DNA of 63,576 nt, the filler included, from Octopus bimaculoides (Eukaryota): assembly GCF_001194135.2 (NCBI RefSeq). It is 7 parts of 7 records of this genome, joined end to end, with 100 filler letters (N's around TTAATTAATTAA, not from the genome) between each part and the next. Parts side by side here need not be neighbours in the genome. Positions count along the whole stretch, not along the records: positions 1 to 11,159 come from NC_068995.1; positions 11,260 to 29,087 come from NC_068988.1; 5 more parts are not named here. One strand, written 5' to 3'. A model generated the notes under the pieces. That model was not told the origin of the DNA and ran no database searches. It saw only the letters and a program-made list of their open reading frames with translations. Below, piece by piece: positions 1-14,035 of this stretch. The translations under genes were made by a program, and so were the position numbers. Positions within the stretch are counted from its first letter, which is position 1, and the number at the start of each line of letters is the position of its first letter.

Positions 1-95
1 TATATATATATATATATCCGTCTGCCTATCTGTGTGCACTAAGGTTTCTGAACAGCATGATTATGAATGGATATCATGTTTAATATACGCACGCG

Positions 96-150
<55 letters not shown>

Positions 151-999
151 GAGTCTGTGAAATAGACTTCGCGGAAAAAGTACACATATGTTTTGGTTTC
201 TTGAAACGAGGTTTTATTCCAATTAAGGGCAATTCAGACAATATCATTAATGCACGGCAAGATCTCTCGGTGTTTTGGCGCTAAACACGTGATCAGGAAT
301 TATTTGATGCAATTATGCTGCCGTAAGGTGGCGCTGTGCTTTCTGCACTACCAGAATTGCACTTCTTATACTAACTTCAGAACAGATTCTTTTACGCAGT
401 ATTCGATATTAACTCTTTGGCAAAGAATTAGGTTTGATGATCAGAAGAGATGGGACTGGAAACAGTTTAATTTCTGAGATATAATTCAAGGTTTAGGCAC
501 TGCTTAATACTGTCTTTACAATAAACCAAATGAGAAACTTGCAACCAGCTATCCCATCCAGCCATTCCCTGTAATCCTTAAACATATAGTTAATAAGATT
601 CACTTCCACGAATGAAGAATTGGCAAAACTCAACTGTAAATGACCATCACCTTTGGCCACCCGTGTGCAGGGTCAAAGCTGAAGACTTCCAGGAACATCT
701 GTTATCTGTCCTCGTCGCTTATTTCACAACTACCTATAAAACACCACCGCCAACAACACTACATCACCACCACCATTGCTACAACAATAACCTTCACGAC
801 ACATCACTACAGCATCTACCAATACAGTCACATGACCAGTCACTCTCTTGTTGCTCTCTCCCTCTCTCCTTTCTCATTCTCTCCCTCTCTCCTTTCTCAT
901 CCTCTCACATAACTACTTTCTCTCTCTTACTTTGTCATTCACACTCATCTCAAGTCTCTCTCTCATTTCTACACTCTCACTCACCTTCTCTCTCTCTCT

Positions 1000-1055
<56 letters not shown>

Positions 1056-3099
1056 NNNNNNNNNNNNNNNNNNNNNNNNNNNNNNNNNNNNNNNNNNNNN
1101 NNNNNNNNNNNNNNNNNNNNNNNNNNNNNNNNNNNNNNNNNNNNNNNNNNNNNNNNNNNNNNNNNNNNNNNNNNNNNNNNNNNNNNNNNNNNNNNNNNNN
1201 NNNNNNNNNACACACACACACACACACAACACTTGTCCTTTCTCTCTCTCTCTCACTGTCTTTTCTTCGTCTCCCTCTCCTTCCCACTCTCCCATACAGT
1301 TCCTCTCCTCCTCCTCCTCCTCTTCCTCCTCCATCTCCTTCTAAACTCCTCCTTCCTCCCTCCCCCAAACAACAATAACTGAATCTCCTCACCAAATCTT
1401 TAGTCATTACTTCCAGATGTTTCTACAAGTTTAGAATAATTGTTTGAGTGGGTGGATGGGTAGGGGTAGGATGGGGGTGGGAGTAGGGATGTGTGGGGGT
1501 AAAGATGGAAAAAGGGGTTGGGTTGGGTGATGGTTCTAGTGATAGTGATAGTAGTGGTTGTAGTGTGTTAGTATTGCTAGTGGTGGTGGTTGTGGTAGTG
1601 GTTGTGGTAGTGGTTGTATTGGTAGTGGTGGTGGTGGTGATGGTAAAGCCTAATAGCAGTGTCACCGTACATAATTAGTAACAGTTGGTACCAGTCATAT
1701 ACTTTGGATCGCTCATTTTACTTTTACTTTTCACTGGTCAGAACTGGTGGAGCACCGGACAAAAATAATTATTTAGTTACGGATTAAAAAAAAAAAAAAT
1801 CAGGGTTCAATTCTATCGTGGGCCGTCTTCGTCCTTTAGCCACCGTAGATTAAGTAACAGCTTGATACTGAGGACCCGATTAAATAAATCCTTCCCTCTC
1901 CTCGTCCCTACTTCACTCTCACCAAATACTCTCTCTCTCTCTTTCTCTGACATTGCAACAGCCTTCTGGAAGGTTACTGCAGCTCCTTCTGGGCTCCCAG
2001 CCCAAAGTCTCCCTATCGATGCCATTATCTTGTAAGTCACTCAGAACGTAGAGGCAGACGAAATACCGCTAAGCATCTCACCCGGCGCGCTAACGTTTCT
2101 GCCAGCTCACCGCCTTTTACAGTTTTAGGGACCAGGCTGGAATATATCAATAGTAGAGGGAACTTCTTTCAATATATTAAAAAAGTATTTAGTAATGAAG
2201 ATGTTTCTTTAGTTGTTGAGTCTGGAGGAAGAAGCAGGGCCTAAGATCTTTTGTAGGTCTTGCAAGACCTATGAGGTTTGTGCTGTTAATATTCTGTGTA
2301 AAAGGCGGTACATATACATCACGATAGTTTCACGTGCCTACTATAATGTGTATATGTGTGTGTGTGTGTGTGTGTACAAGAATTCAACCTTATTTCTCAC
2401 ACAGCACACCACCTAAATGTGGTGATTCAAGTGTTTGTTGACAACAACGACAACAACAACAATGGTAATGATGATGATGATGATGTGTTCCAGTCAATGC
2501 TTACTTCTTCCGCTGCTCCACCCTGGCTCATATTCTATGTCAAAAATCTATAAACGACAAACATATTTACTGATTTATTACATCAAAATCCGCTGTTAAT
2601 TAACCCCTCCAACTTCGCTAATTAACGTTCGAGCATGTCAACTTGGCCGGGCCACAAACATTCATGAAAATTAATATTTTCAAAGCGAGCATTCATACAT
2701 TCTTGTTTTTTCACAAANNNNNNNNNNNNNNNNNNNNNNNNNNNNNNNNNNNNNNNNNNNNNNNNNNNNNNNNNNNNNNNNNNNNNNNNNNNNNNNNNNN
2801 NNNNNNNNNNNNNNNNNNNNNNNNNNNNNNNNNNNNNNNNNNNNNNNNNNNNNNNNNNNNNNNNNNNNNNNNNNNNNNNNNNNNNNNNNNNNNNNNNNNN
2901 NNNNNNNNNNNNNNNNNNNNGGGGGGGGGTTCAACTGGTAAATACATTCACCCTCATCCTTCAAGTATGGGCCTTGATTATCTGCCGAGACCCGCCTTAA
3001 AAAAGGGGGTTGGGGAAATGAAAATAGACGCTTAGCACTCTTGAATTTTAAGAGTACTTCTTATCCTGGGGCCCCAAAGGAGTTTAGTCTCGTTTTGCT

Positions 3100-3480
3100 G
3101 AATTTCTTTCGAAGGGCTGAGACATGCCATCCAGACTGATTCCTTGATGGCGCATGCGTGGCTCAGAGGCTGGAGTGTGTCTGAGAGGAACTTTATGCCG
3201 AACAGTCGAGTGCGCCATTTCTGGATGGGATGCACGATGTCTGTGCGTGCAACAGAAGTACTGTCCTAGATCTGAGAGCAATGCTCCAGTGTGGGTTTTT
3301 GCTGAGTTCTATAGAGTACCAGTGAAGTTTGGGGGAATAAAGTACCGTCTGGTTCTGAAGATTCGGGTCAGTCATTGAGATTTGATTCTGGCTGGATTAA
3401 GGATGTGCTTTCAGCGAAAAGGATCTTTTGTGATAGTGAACCCCAACGAATGAGATGATTCTGAGGCATTTAGTTGGATG
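3100..3480 (-). mobile_element. Decayed CR1/L2-type LINE, RT C-terminal fragment
   Basis: Minus strand with stops and frameshifts: LGFTITKD ... SLVLYRTQQKPTLEHCSQI*DS ... HPIQKWRTRLFG ... LQPLSH, resembling LYKxxxRPxLEYCSxIW ... LQPLxHRR. Confidence 0.65.
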
Positions 3481-3636
3481 AACGGGGTTCTGGTGAGGTT
3501 TTCTTGATTTGTGGGGCGTTTAACATTCCGTTCTGTTGAAAAACACATCATCATCATCATCATCATCATCACCATCTTCATATTCATCATCGCTATCATC
3601 ATTACCGCTAGAACCTCCACCCCCATATCAATTACC

Positions 3637-3667
<31 letters not shown>

Positions 3668-5649
3668 CTGTTACCATCATAATCGCCGTTATCGTCATCA
3701 TCATCCTCTATAGCAGTGATAATATCTCATCTTGTTGTGGATGTCTCTACTTGGTAAGGTGGTGATGACGTTTGGAACTTGGAAGATAGAACAGCGTCTG
3801 CGGAATTGGTAATTGGCATTTGAAATGGAGTCTACAGATNNNNNNNNNNNNNNNNNNNNNNNNNNNNNNNNNNNNNNNNNNNNNNNNNNNNNNNNNNNNN
3901 NNNNNNNNNNNNNNNNNNNNNNNNNNNNNNNNNNNNNNNNNNNNNNNNNNNNNNNNNNNNNNNNNNNNNNNNNNNNNNNNNNNNNNNNNNNNNNNNNNNN
4001 NNNNNNNNNNNNNNNNNNNNNNNNNNNNNNNNNNNNNNNNNNNNNNNNNNNNNNNNNNNNNNNNNNNNNNNNNNNNNNNNNNNNNNNNNNNNNNNNNNNN
4101 NNNNNNNNNNNNNNNNNNNNNNNNNNNNNNNNNNNNNNNNNNNNNNNNNNNNNNNNNNNNNNNNNNNNNNNNNNNNNNNNNNNNNNNNNNNNNNNNNNNN
4201 NNNNNNNNNNNNNNNNNNNNNNNNNNNNNNNNNNNNNNNNNNNNNNNNNNNNNNNNNNNNNNNNNNNNNNNNNNNNNNNNNNNNNNNNNNNNNNNNNNNN
4301 NNNNNNNNNNNNNNNNNNNNNNNNNNNNNNNNNNNNNNNNNNNNNNNNNNNNNNNNNNNNNNNNNNNNNNNNNNNNNNNNNNNNNNNNNNNNNNNNNNNN
4401 NNNNNNNNNNNNNNNNNNNNNNNNNNNNNNNNNNNNNNNNNNNNNNNNNNNNNNNNNNNNNNNNNNNNNNNNNNNNNNNNNNNNNNNNNNNNNNNNNNNN
4501 NNNNNNNNNNNNNNNNNNNNNNNNNNNNNNNNNNNNNNNNNNNNNNNNNNNNNNNNNNNNNNNNNNNNNNNNNNNNNNNNNNNNNNNNNNNNNNNNNNNN
4601 NNNNNNNNNNNNNNNNNNNNNNNNNNNNNNNNNNNNNNNNNNNNNNNNNNNNNNNNNNNNNNNNNNNNNNNNNNNNNNNNNNNNNNNNNNNNNNNNNNNN
4701 NNNNNNNNNNNNNNNNNNNNNNNNNNNNNNNNNNNNNNNNNNNNNNNNNNNNNNNNNNNNNNNNNNNNNNNNNNNNNNNNNNNNNNNNNNNNNATATATA
4801 TACATGTATATATGTACGTATGTATGTTTGTATTTATACATTGACACAGACATATATGTTACTTCTTTATTATGTTTACGTGCAGTGATATACATATCTG
4901 TAAATACGTATGTGATAATATATATATATGTGTGTATGTACGTGTGTGTGCTTGTGTGTATGTACGTGTGTGTGCTTGTGTGTCTGTGTGTGAGTGCGTT
5001 TTGTGCGTGCGCGTGCATGCGACAGTGCCACTTTTATTTTTGGTAGCGAGAAACATGAAGTGTCAGAGACTTTCGAACAATATTGTCATATCTGAAGCTG
5101 TTTTTCCCCTCAGAGATATACTGGAATGGTTTGATCTACCTTCGCAGACACCGAGGGGCGTCTTAATAAGTGTCTACACCCTTATAAGACAACAGAAACC
5201 CGCTGGGCCGGGGGGGCTAAACTATTTATGAAGCTCCGGCAGACGATGTGGGCTGGAAATTTCTCCAGCCCCCAACGGGGACACTTGGGTGTGTTATATC
5301 ATATTGATGTATACACATATTTATGTAGTTTTACATACACACTGACTAACACATACACGTACACACACGCATACACATACATACATATATATAGATATAT
5401 ACACATATATATATGTGTGTGTGTGTATGTGTGTGTGTGTATGTGTATATATGTATATATATGTTTACACAAACAGAAGTTATATATATAAATTCTTTAT
5501 CTATAAATGAATATACATATATATATGTATTTACATGCTTATATATNNNNNNNNNNNNNNNNNNNNNNNNNNNNNNNNNNNNNNNNNNNNNNNNNNNNNN
5601 NNNNNNNNNNNNNNNNNNNNNNNNNNNNNNNNNNNNNNNNNNNNNNNNN

Positions 5650-5686
<37 letters not shown>

Positions 5687-6327
5687 TGTATATTTATACA
5701 TGTACACGTATAAAAATGGCTATAATGTATATTTACACACATATCCTAATATGTATGGAATTCAATGCATGTGTATGTGTGTGTGTGTGTTCATGTGTGT
5801 GTGTGTGTGTGTGTGTTCGTGTGTGTGTGTGTGTGTGTGTGAAAAGCTCTATTCAATGGCCTAAGAGCTTAGTGCAAACGCACTTAGTCAAGATAAGATT
5901 GATTGTTCTGCCCTGTCAACCCTCGACTCCCTGAATCAAGCTCTCAGTCCCAACGAAATAATATGAGCACTCTGCTTCATGCATTGAGTTCTGTTTCTCG
6001 TTTTTGAATAAACAAACCAACCTAAATATATATATTTAGATCTCAAATATAAGATCTTTACTCTGACGACGGAGACTAGTTTTATCCAAAATTGATTGCA
6101 TCCGTTACGGCCACATATTGTGATGAACTACATCTACCAGCATTATGAGGGATGTTCGAGAACCCAGAAACAGCTGTTGGACTTATAACACCTTTCTACC
6201 ATCCCTTTAATTTTCTTTGTCGTTTGTACTCTGCCTAAGTTGAACCTATTAATATAAATATCTCTAGATTTAGACTTCAAAATTCATCGTCTGAAAGTTT
6301 CCACCTTTTACTCTCTCTCTCTCTCCC

Positions 6328-6372
<45 letters not shown>

Positions 6373-6521
6373 NNNNNNNNNNNNNNNNNNNNNNNNNNNN
6401 NNNNNNNNNNNNNNNNNNNNNNNNNNNNNNNNNNNNNNNNNNNNNNNNNNNNNNNNNNNNNNNNTATATATATATGTTAATTCTCCTAGGGGTCAGCCAC
6501 ACTTAAGTGGCAATATACTAC

Positions 6522-6552
<31 letters not shown>

Positions 6553-7916
6553 CGTTTTGCATCTGTACATATACACATATTTTGTATTTCATGCCCGAAC
6601 TGTTATATCTAATATATCTAATTTGTTTATTTGCATAATTGCCCCCCTCTCTCTCCCTCTCTCTCTCTGTATGTGTGTGAGTGTTTATATGTTATACATG
6701 TATCTGTAAATACGCACATAATGTATATCAATATGTTTACATGTATATAGATATATGTATAAAAAAGGTGTGCATAAACACATGTAAAGTAGGCTTGACA
6801 TACATATAAGCTTCTAGTATAATACGATAGTGAGAAACGTGGACACGTGGCAAGGTCGTCATCGCGGAAGATATCTAACCGTTCGTGAGCTGAGAAACAT
6901 TCCCAAATATGCGGGAAGTGGTAAACGAAGGGAAACGTGTATTTCAGCAACAAACGGATAAAGTTCTAAAATTTTTTCTTTTTATTTACAAAAATAACTC
7001 GAGTTTCAAAATTAGTCAATAAAGATTATTTCAAGAACAACTTAGCAAATGGGTTTTATGCATTAATGCTGGAGGGGAAAAAAATGCTTCTCGTGAAAAC
7101 AATATTTTATGTGCAAAAGAATATTTAGAGCTTAAAGGGTGTAGGCAAAAATGATTATCTTTCCTTGAGTGTTGATACTTGTACCAAACAAATTGAAGTA
7201 TACCCTGTACGTACAACAAAGATTGCTCATACGAGACATACTGATTGGAATGTATAAATACACACACACATACACTACACCACACCACACACACAAACAT
7301 ACACGTGCACACACTTATATATATGTTTGTGTATGCACTGACCTCCTAGAGGACAGATATATTTACCAGACATATGGACCTGGACAAATTTCTATTATCT
7401 TACTGGCGGACGCCTACCCAACTGGATTAGACAAACTCTTAAACAAATATGAGCCTTTCCCTCATTCAACAGACCCTACTACTTGTAGATTTTAACATCC
7501 TCTCGATGACACCTATTCCCAAGATAAAACACTCAACAATATTCTTCCAGTTGAAGTAGGAGATTTTTCTGGCACATGCAACCAGTTTGTCTTGTTTAAA
7601 GTGATATAATTTAGCTTCAAGAAAGAAATTATCCTGATTTCCTTTTGAATATATATATTTTCTCATATTTCCTCATTGAGTAGCCATGTTATACAAACTC
7701 GAATGATTGTCGGCTGGTACACGGTACGCCTTATATGAGCGCGTTAGAATACTGTACTTTCCAAGCAAGAAACCTGAGGTAACACACGTAAAACTCCAGC
7801 CTGTATTCATTAAATTATATATACAATTGAATAAGTCCCAACATGAGCGCTAGGAGAGAAAGTTACGAAATATATGTCTGTGGAGTTGTATGTGCATATA
7901 TTTAAATATATAATGT

Positions 7917-7962
<46 letters not shown>

Positions 7963-9052
7963 NNNNNNNNNNNNNNNNNNNNNNNNNNNNNNNNNNNNNN
8001 NNNNNNNNNNNNNNNNNNNNNNNNNNNNNATATTTTTTGAAATTGGGTCGTGTAGGCGAATTTCACTTTAAATAAATGTTATTTTTACTTTGAAAATGAA
8101 AAAAAAAATCACAAGTCGGTCATCAATCTGTCATATGTCGTCAATCTGTTTAGGTTTCCTTCATCTAAACTCATTTTTCTAACAAATTTCCTCTGACATA
8201 TCGTCAGAACACCAATATCCTTAATTCAACTTCCATTCTGAAGTATTTCTTCGCATTCTTTAATCATTCGCCATCAGAATTTTAGCTATCGTCTGCACTT
8301 CTTTCAGTCTTTCTCTTCTCAACGTCGACCTGACATTAAGTAGTCAAGTAAACTTTTAAGAATGCCTTCCGCCATTGCAAGCTTTACACATCCTCTTCAT
8401 ACATCCTACTCTTTATACATCATACACACATACACACATATACGTTTGCATATTGTTACATATATATTGGAAGTTTAGCTCAATAGATCATGCCTTACAT
8501 AAACAAATAATAAAAAGCAATGGTGATATATAAAACAACAAATATTGTTTGATGAAATTCCAGATTTTTCAAAATAAATTTAGTCATTTCAACGAAGACT
8601 TTACTTTCATTTTTTTTTTAAGGCGGCATTCTGAGTTCAAATTCCGCCGATGTCGATAACATAAGTACCTGTTGAACACTGGGGTTGATGTAAATTTCAG
8701 GCCTTGTGCCTTTAATAGAAAGGATTATCATTTTTATTTTCAACGTTTTTTCATATTTTTTATCTTTATTCTTCAGCCGATGGAGTCCATTTGTAGGGAC
8801 CCATCTACAACTGATGTTATTGCTATTCAGATATTCATGAAATATCTGCCGTACACAACCGTTTTTTTTCTCTTTTGTTTTTGTTTATTCTTCCGTTGAA
8901 CTCAATTAGGAAAGGACGGACGGCAATGTCGAACCCGGCGTAATTTGAACTCAAAACGTACAACGTACAGCCTCGTGGAGCTTTAGGTGTTTTCAAGGCT
9001 GTGCCCCAGCATGGCCGTAGTCATATTACTGAAACAAAGTAAAAGATAATAT

Positions 9053-9123
9053 CATAATACTATTTATTACATAATACTATTTATTACATAATACTATTTA
9101 TTACATAATACTATTTATTACAT
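9053..9123. repeat. 17-bp tandem repeat, four copies
   Basis: Unit aatactatttattacat. Confidence 0.9.
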
Positions 9124-10572
9124 CGTATTACAGTGCAGTAATATGATGCAGGAGTGTAATTTAGTGCAGTAATAAAGGTAATCGGTTCAGTGCAGTTGCA
9201 GTTTATTGCAATAAAGTGCAATATTTTGATGCATGCCGTAGAAGATAAAGTGCAATGTTTTAATGCAGTTGTATAATGTCACACAACGTCACACAACGTC
9301 AGACCAAATTGTTATTTGAGGCAAAAAGCAGTCACATGACCTTTTGATGGAAACCAGACGATAAAGAAGTTAATTAATTAATTAAAATCAGACATGGGTA
9401 ACCTTTACAAGAATCGGGCCGCATGAGACATCTCTCATCCCCAGGTGAGCCACGCTACTAAAATATACAAGTTAATTTTTTGCTAATCGTGTCACTCAGA
9501 ATGTTCCGCGGGCCTCAGGTTGCAGGTTACCGATTTATATTTTTTATTGCAATTTAATTTTTATGTTGCAACAAAAATGTCCAAACTTGACCGAATTACT
9601 GGAGTGTTAATTTCCGGTGAAATGCTTATTTTGGAAGAGGTCTATACTTCCGGTGGTTCAACAATAAATTATCTGCACTTCCGGTAATTAAACAATAAAA
9701 TATCGAAAACTAAAATCTGTGTCGGATGTCATTAGGGAAAACAAGTAAAGGTTTGTGTGTGCGAGGGGGGGGGGTCATTTTAGTAGGGATTTCACGAGTG
9801 GACAATGGTTAAACTTGGGAGAGGAGGGAGAAATAATGAACAGAGGTTCAAGAAGTTTAAGGAGAACATATTACAAAATGGTGAAGGTTATGATGATAAG
9901 ACGGTGGAGTGAGGGAGACACTCGATTAAACTAAAGGCTGAGGAGAAAAGAAATTTATTTTTGTTTGTAAAGAAGACAGCAGCAGAGATATTTCGGTCTT
10001 ATTTCAACCTCATCAGGGATGTCTTTTTGAAACTTGCCTTCAACAGAAAAATGCTTGAGTTCCTTAAAAAAATATGTGTAGNNNNNNNNNNNNNNNNNNN
10101 NNNNNNNNNNNNNNNNNNNNNNNNNNNNNNNNNNNNNNNNNNNNNNNNNNNNNNNNNNNNNNNNNNNNNNNNNNNNNNNNNNNNNNNNNNNNNNNNNNNN
10201 NNNNNNNNNNNNNNNNNNNNNNNNNNNNNNNNNNNNNNNNNNNNNNNNNNNNNNNNNNNNNNNNNNNNNNNNNNNNNNNNNNNNNNNNNNNNNNNNNNNN
10301 NNNNNNNNNNNNNNNNNNNNNNNNNNNNNNNNNNNNNNNNNNNNNNNNNNNNNNNNNNNNNNNNNNNNNNNNNNNNNNNNNNNNNNNNNNNNNNNNNNNN
10401 NNNNNNNNNNNNNNNNNNNNNNNNNNNNNNNNNNNNNNNNNNNNNNNNNNNNNNNNNNNNNNNNNNNNNGTGGTGGTGGAAGAGGGTTCAGTTTTGACAA
10501 ATTAACATGTCTTGTTTAATTCAAAACATGAAAAAGCTTTCCAAGTGTCGTTTACGGTAATAGCTTTTAGTT

Positions 10573-10622
<50 letters not shown>

Positions 10623-11665
10623 ACACACACGTATGTACACACATACATACTTACACACTTACGAAAACGCACACACACAAACACATACAAACGCACACAC
10701 ACACAAACACACACACACACAAACACACACACAAACACACGCACATCCACAATACATGTATGTATATATGTGTGTGTGTTTGTGTGCGCGCGCACCTCCG
10801 CATCTGAATATATATATATATATATATATACGTATATATTCACACACAGACAGACACACACACACACACACTTGCATGCGCCTACATCACTATAGTAAGC
10901 TATAGTATAGTGATACTAACAATAGGAGTGTAGAATATAGTGATATATATCATGACAAGCGTATATGTAACTCTACTTTCATAGGAGTAGCTGTGTGGTA
11001 AGGAGCCCACTTCCAATCCACATGGCTCTGGGTTCAGTCCCACTGCGTGACACCTTGGGCAAGTGTCTTCTACTATAGCCTCGGGACGACCAAAGCCTTG
11101 AGAGTGGATTTGGTAGACGGAAACTGAAAGAATCCTGTCGTATATATATATATATATATNNNNNNNNNNNNNNNNNNNNNNNNNNNNNNNNNNNNNNNNN
11201 NNNTTAATTAATTAANNNNNNNNNNNNNNNNNNNNNNNNNNNNNNNNNNNNNNNNNNNNTATATATATAAAATATGAGTATATGCATATATATGTACATG
11301 TATGTACATACCTTTATCTACATGTACATATAGATGCATATCTGGGTACATGACGTTGCAAAAAAAAACATGGACAAAATGATAAACAAGGTACAAAAAC
11401 ACATAGCCACATAGAGAACATATCCTTCATCAGCTGCCACCATTATATCATATATATATTTATACATATAGATATATATAAATGTTTGTATGTATGTATC
11501 TATCTATCTGTATGTATATATATCCGTGTGTGTGTGTGTGTGTCTTTGTGTGTTCATGTGTTTCTCGTACCACCGTTTGTTAGCCGGTGTTGGTTAACTT
11601 AAGTCCCTATAACATAGCGGTATGGCCAAAGACACCGACAGAATAAGTACCAGGCTTATAAAATT

Positions 11666-11713
<48 letters not shown>

Positions 11714-12276
11714 CCCTCCCCACACACATAAAAAACATCTTTCAGTTTCCGCTTACCGAATCCACTCACATGGCTTTGGTCGGCCCCGAGCTATAGTAAA
11801 ACACACTTGCCATAGGTGACACCTGAAACCATTCTGCTGCAAAGCAAATTTCTTATCACAGAAGAAAAGAACAATTAAGAAATACAAAATAAAAGAATTA
11901 AAAAAAATACAATTTTTGTATCCAACATGGAAATTTGGGTTTTACTACATTTACAAAATATATTCTGTGCATGCATATCCGTGCAGCGATAATGGAATTG
12001 GATTTGTTTAAATGAATTTCGGATTCAGCGGCTGTCAAAATTGTCCAGGCAACACATATATACATCAATAGCTTTAGTTAACTTACTTATCCAAAGGCAA
12101 TGTGATATGATTTATTTGCAGCACTTTCCTATAACTAGGGACATAAATATACATACATCTGGGGGTCTTAAAAATCATTTTTTCCTCGCATATTTTAGAA
12201 ATGTGGTTGTTTACCTGTTTAATAGTGATGCTACATACAGAAAGCTTTTCACGCCGTGTTATATACATACATACAT

Positions 12277-12318
<42 letters not shown>

Positions 12319-13284
12319 GCATTCATATATTAAAATATTAGCATATATTATATATGTGTGTAGGATGTAAATATATGTTTGTAATTTGTTTTTCTAATAT
12401 GTGTATTAGTATACACACATGCGTTTATTAATATAACAAGAAGCGATTCTGCATTTCTGCTTGGCACTTATTTGCATTGTAACTCAATCCATGGAATGAA
12501 AGGCGGAAGAAACCTACTTAGTGAAATCCCACCAAAAGTAGGAATTACTTGGAGAAAGAAAACCTCTTTTAATGCTTGTTTCGTAACAACATACACTCGT
12601 GCGCGCGCACTTACACTCACACACGCGCATATGCACGAATAGATATGTATAGGTACATATTATGTGTATATAGATAGAGAGTATGTATGATATATATATT
12701 TGTATACATATGCATATACGCATATATCCATATATATTCAGAAATTTATAATAAACGTAGCTATACACAACGCTTCCATGTTCCTTATACTGATGATTCA
12801 GTTCTGAAGGTATTTTCGGAAATGAATTAAAAGAGGATGAGTTAGACCTGGCATTAAAACATTTCTTGTCATAATTTCAATATCGGACCTAGAGGGTGCA
12901 ATTTATAAAACGTTAACATTTGTTGGAACCACACACACACACACACACACACAGACGCACACGCATTCATATACATACACATTTTAGTGCATATTGAGGA
13001 ATATAAGCGTTGCAAATGGTGGTGGCATTGCACAATTCGCTGCAATTGGTGATTTTTAGAGCTTGTTTCATCCGAAAAATACATAGAAGAAAAACTAGAG
13101 ACAATCGACCACTTAATCTCTGGATGTAGGAGACTGGCACTGACAGAATAATTGCGAAGGCATGACAGGGCAGCTTAGTATATACACTGGTCAATATGCT
13201 GTACATGCAATGTCCTTCTCAAAAACAACTGGTGGCCATACTAGCCACCACAAGCTGACCAGGATGCCGAGGTTACTCGCCTTT

Positions 13285-13605
13285 AGAATTTCAGTATTCA
13301 AACTGATCGAGAAATACAGGCAAACCGATCTGATCTTAAAGTGAAAAATCATATTGAAAAGACTTTTTTCTGACTCATGTTGCGATCCTAGTCGACAAAA
13401 TCACATGTCAAAAAATGTTTGAGAACTGAGTAAATATAAGGAACTGGAAATTTAAGTCGGAATAAAACAACATAACCTATTATTACTGGGCCACTTGGAG
13501 TGACACTAAGAGGAACAAACAAGTATGTAGAGCAAATCACAGGCAGACCCAAAATAAGCAAATCTCAAAAGAGCATACGTTCTATGTAAATTTCTCTCGA
13601 TGTAA
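13285..13605 (+). mobile_element. R4/Dong-type non-LTR retrotransposon, RLE endonuclease fragment
   Basis: Frameshifted NFSIQTDREIQANRSDLKVKNHIEKT / LSKYKELEI / PIITGPLG / SQKS, matching the WDFxIQTD..NRPD..K..KY..L RLE pattern. Confidence 0.75.
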
Positions 13606-13700
13606 ATGCAACGTTACTCATTCTGTTTTTTTTCTCTCGCAGTCATCAGTACCTTCAATTGCATGGCACTTCAGTAATTAGCATCTTTAGATACGAAACG

Positions 13701-14035
13701 GAGGCGCAATGGCCCAGTGGTTAGAGCAGCGGACTCGCGGTCATAGGATCGCAGTTTCGATTCCCAGACCGGGCGTTGTGAGTGTTTATTGAGCGAAAAC
13801 ACCTAAAGTTCCACGAGGCTCCGGCAGGGGATGGTGGTGAACCCTGCTGTACTCTTTCACCACAACTTTCTCTCACTCTTACTTCCTGTTTCTGTTGTGC
13901 CTGTAATTCAAAGGGTCAGCCTTGTCAAACTGTGTCACGCTGAATATCCCCGAGAACTACGTTAAGGGAACACGTGTCTGTGGACTGCTCAGCCACTTAC
14001 ACGTTAATTTCACGGGCAGGCTGTTCCGTTGATCG
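13701..14035 (+). mobile_element. tRNA-derived SINE family A (my label)
   Basis: A-box TGGCCCAGTGG and B-box GTTTCGATTCC; near-identical copies at 17082-17372 (+) and 18630-19020 (-); partial or diverged copies near 24225, 41530-41720, 48320-48450 and 61800-61870. Confidence 0.9.

Noticed and set aside
7340-7680. Short ORFs on both strands in unique-looking sequence
   Set aside because: No motif recognised; probably an unidentifiable decayed repeat.
11204-11215. TTAATTAATTAA islands inside gaps (also at 29132, 37046, 49619, 59153 and 61512)
   Set aside because: Each is embedded in N runs (44 N + 12 + 44 N = 100 bp where counted) and has stops in all frames. This is a scaffolding linker, not biology; order and orientation across these joins are uncertain.
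13701-13775. tRNA gene (also 17082, 18945-19020, 36797 and 48380)
   Set aside because: A and B boxes are present but there is no convincing cloverleaf or acceptor stem, and each continues into a shared SINE body.
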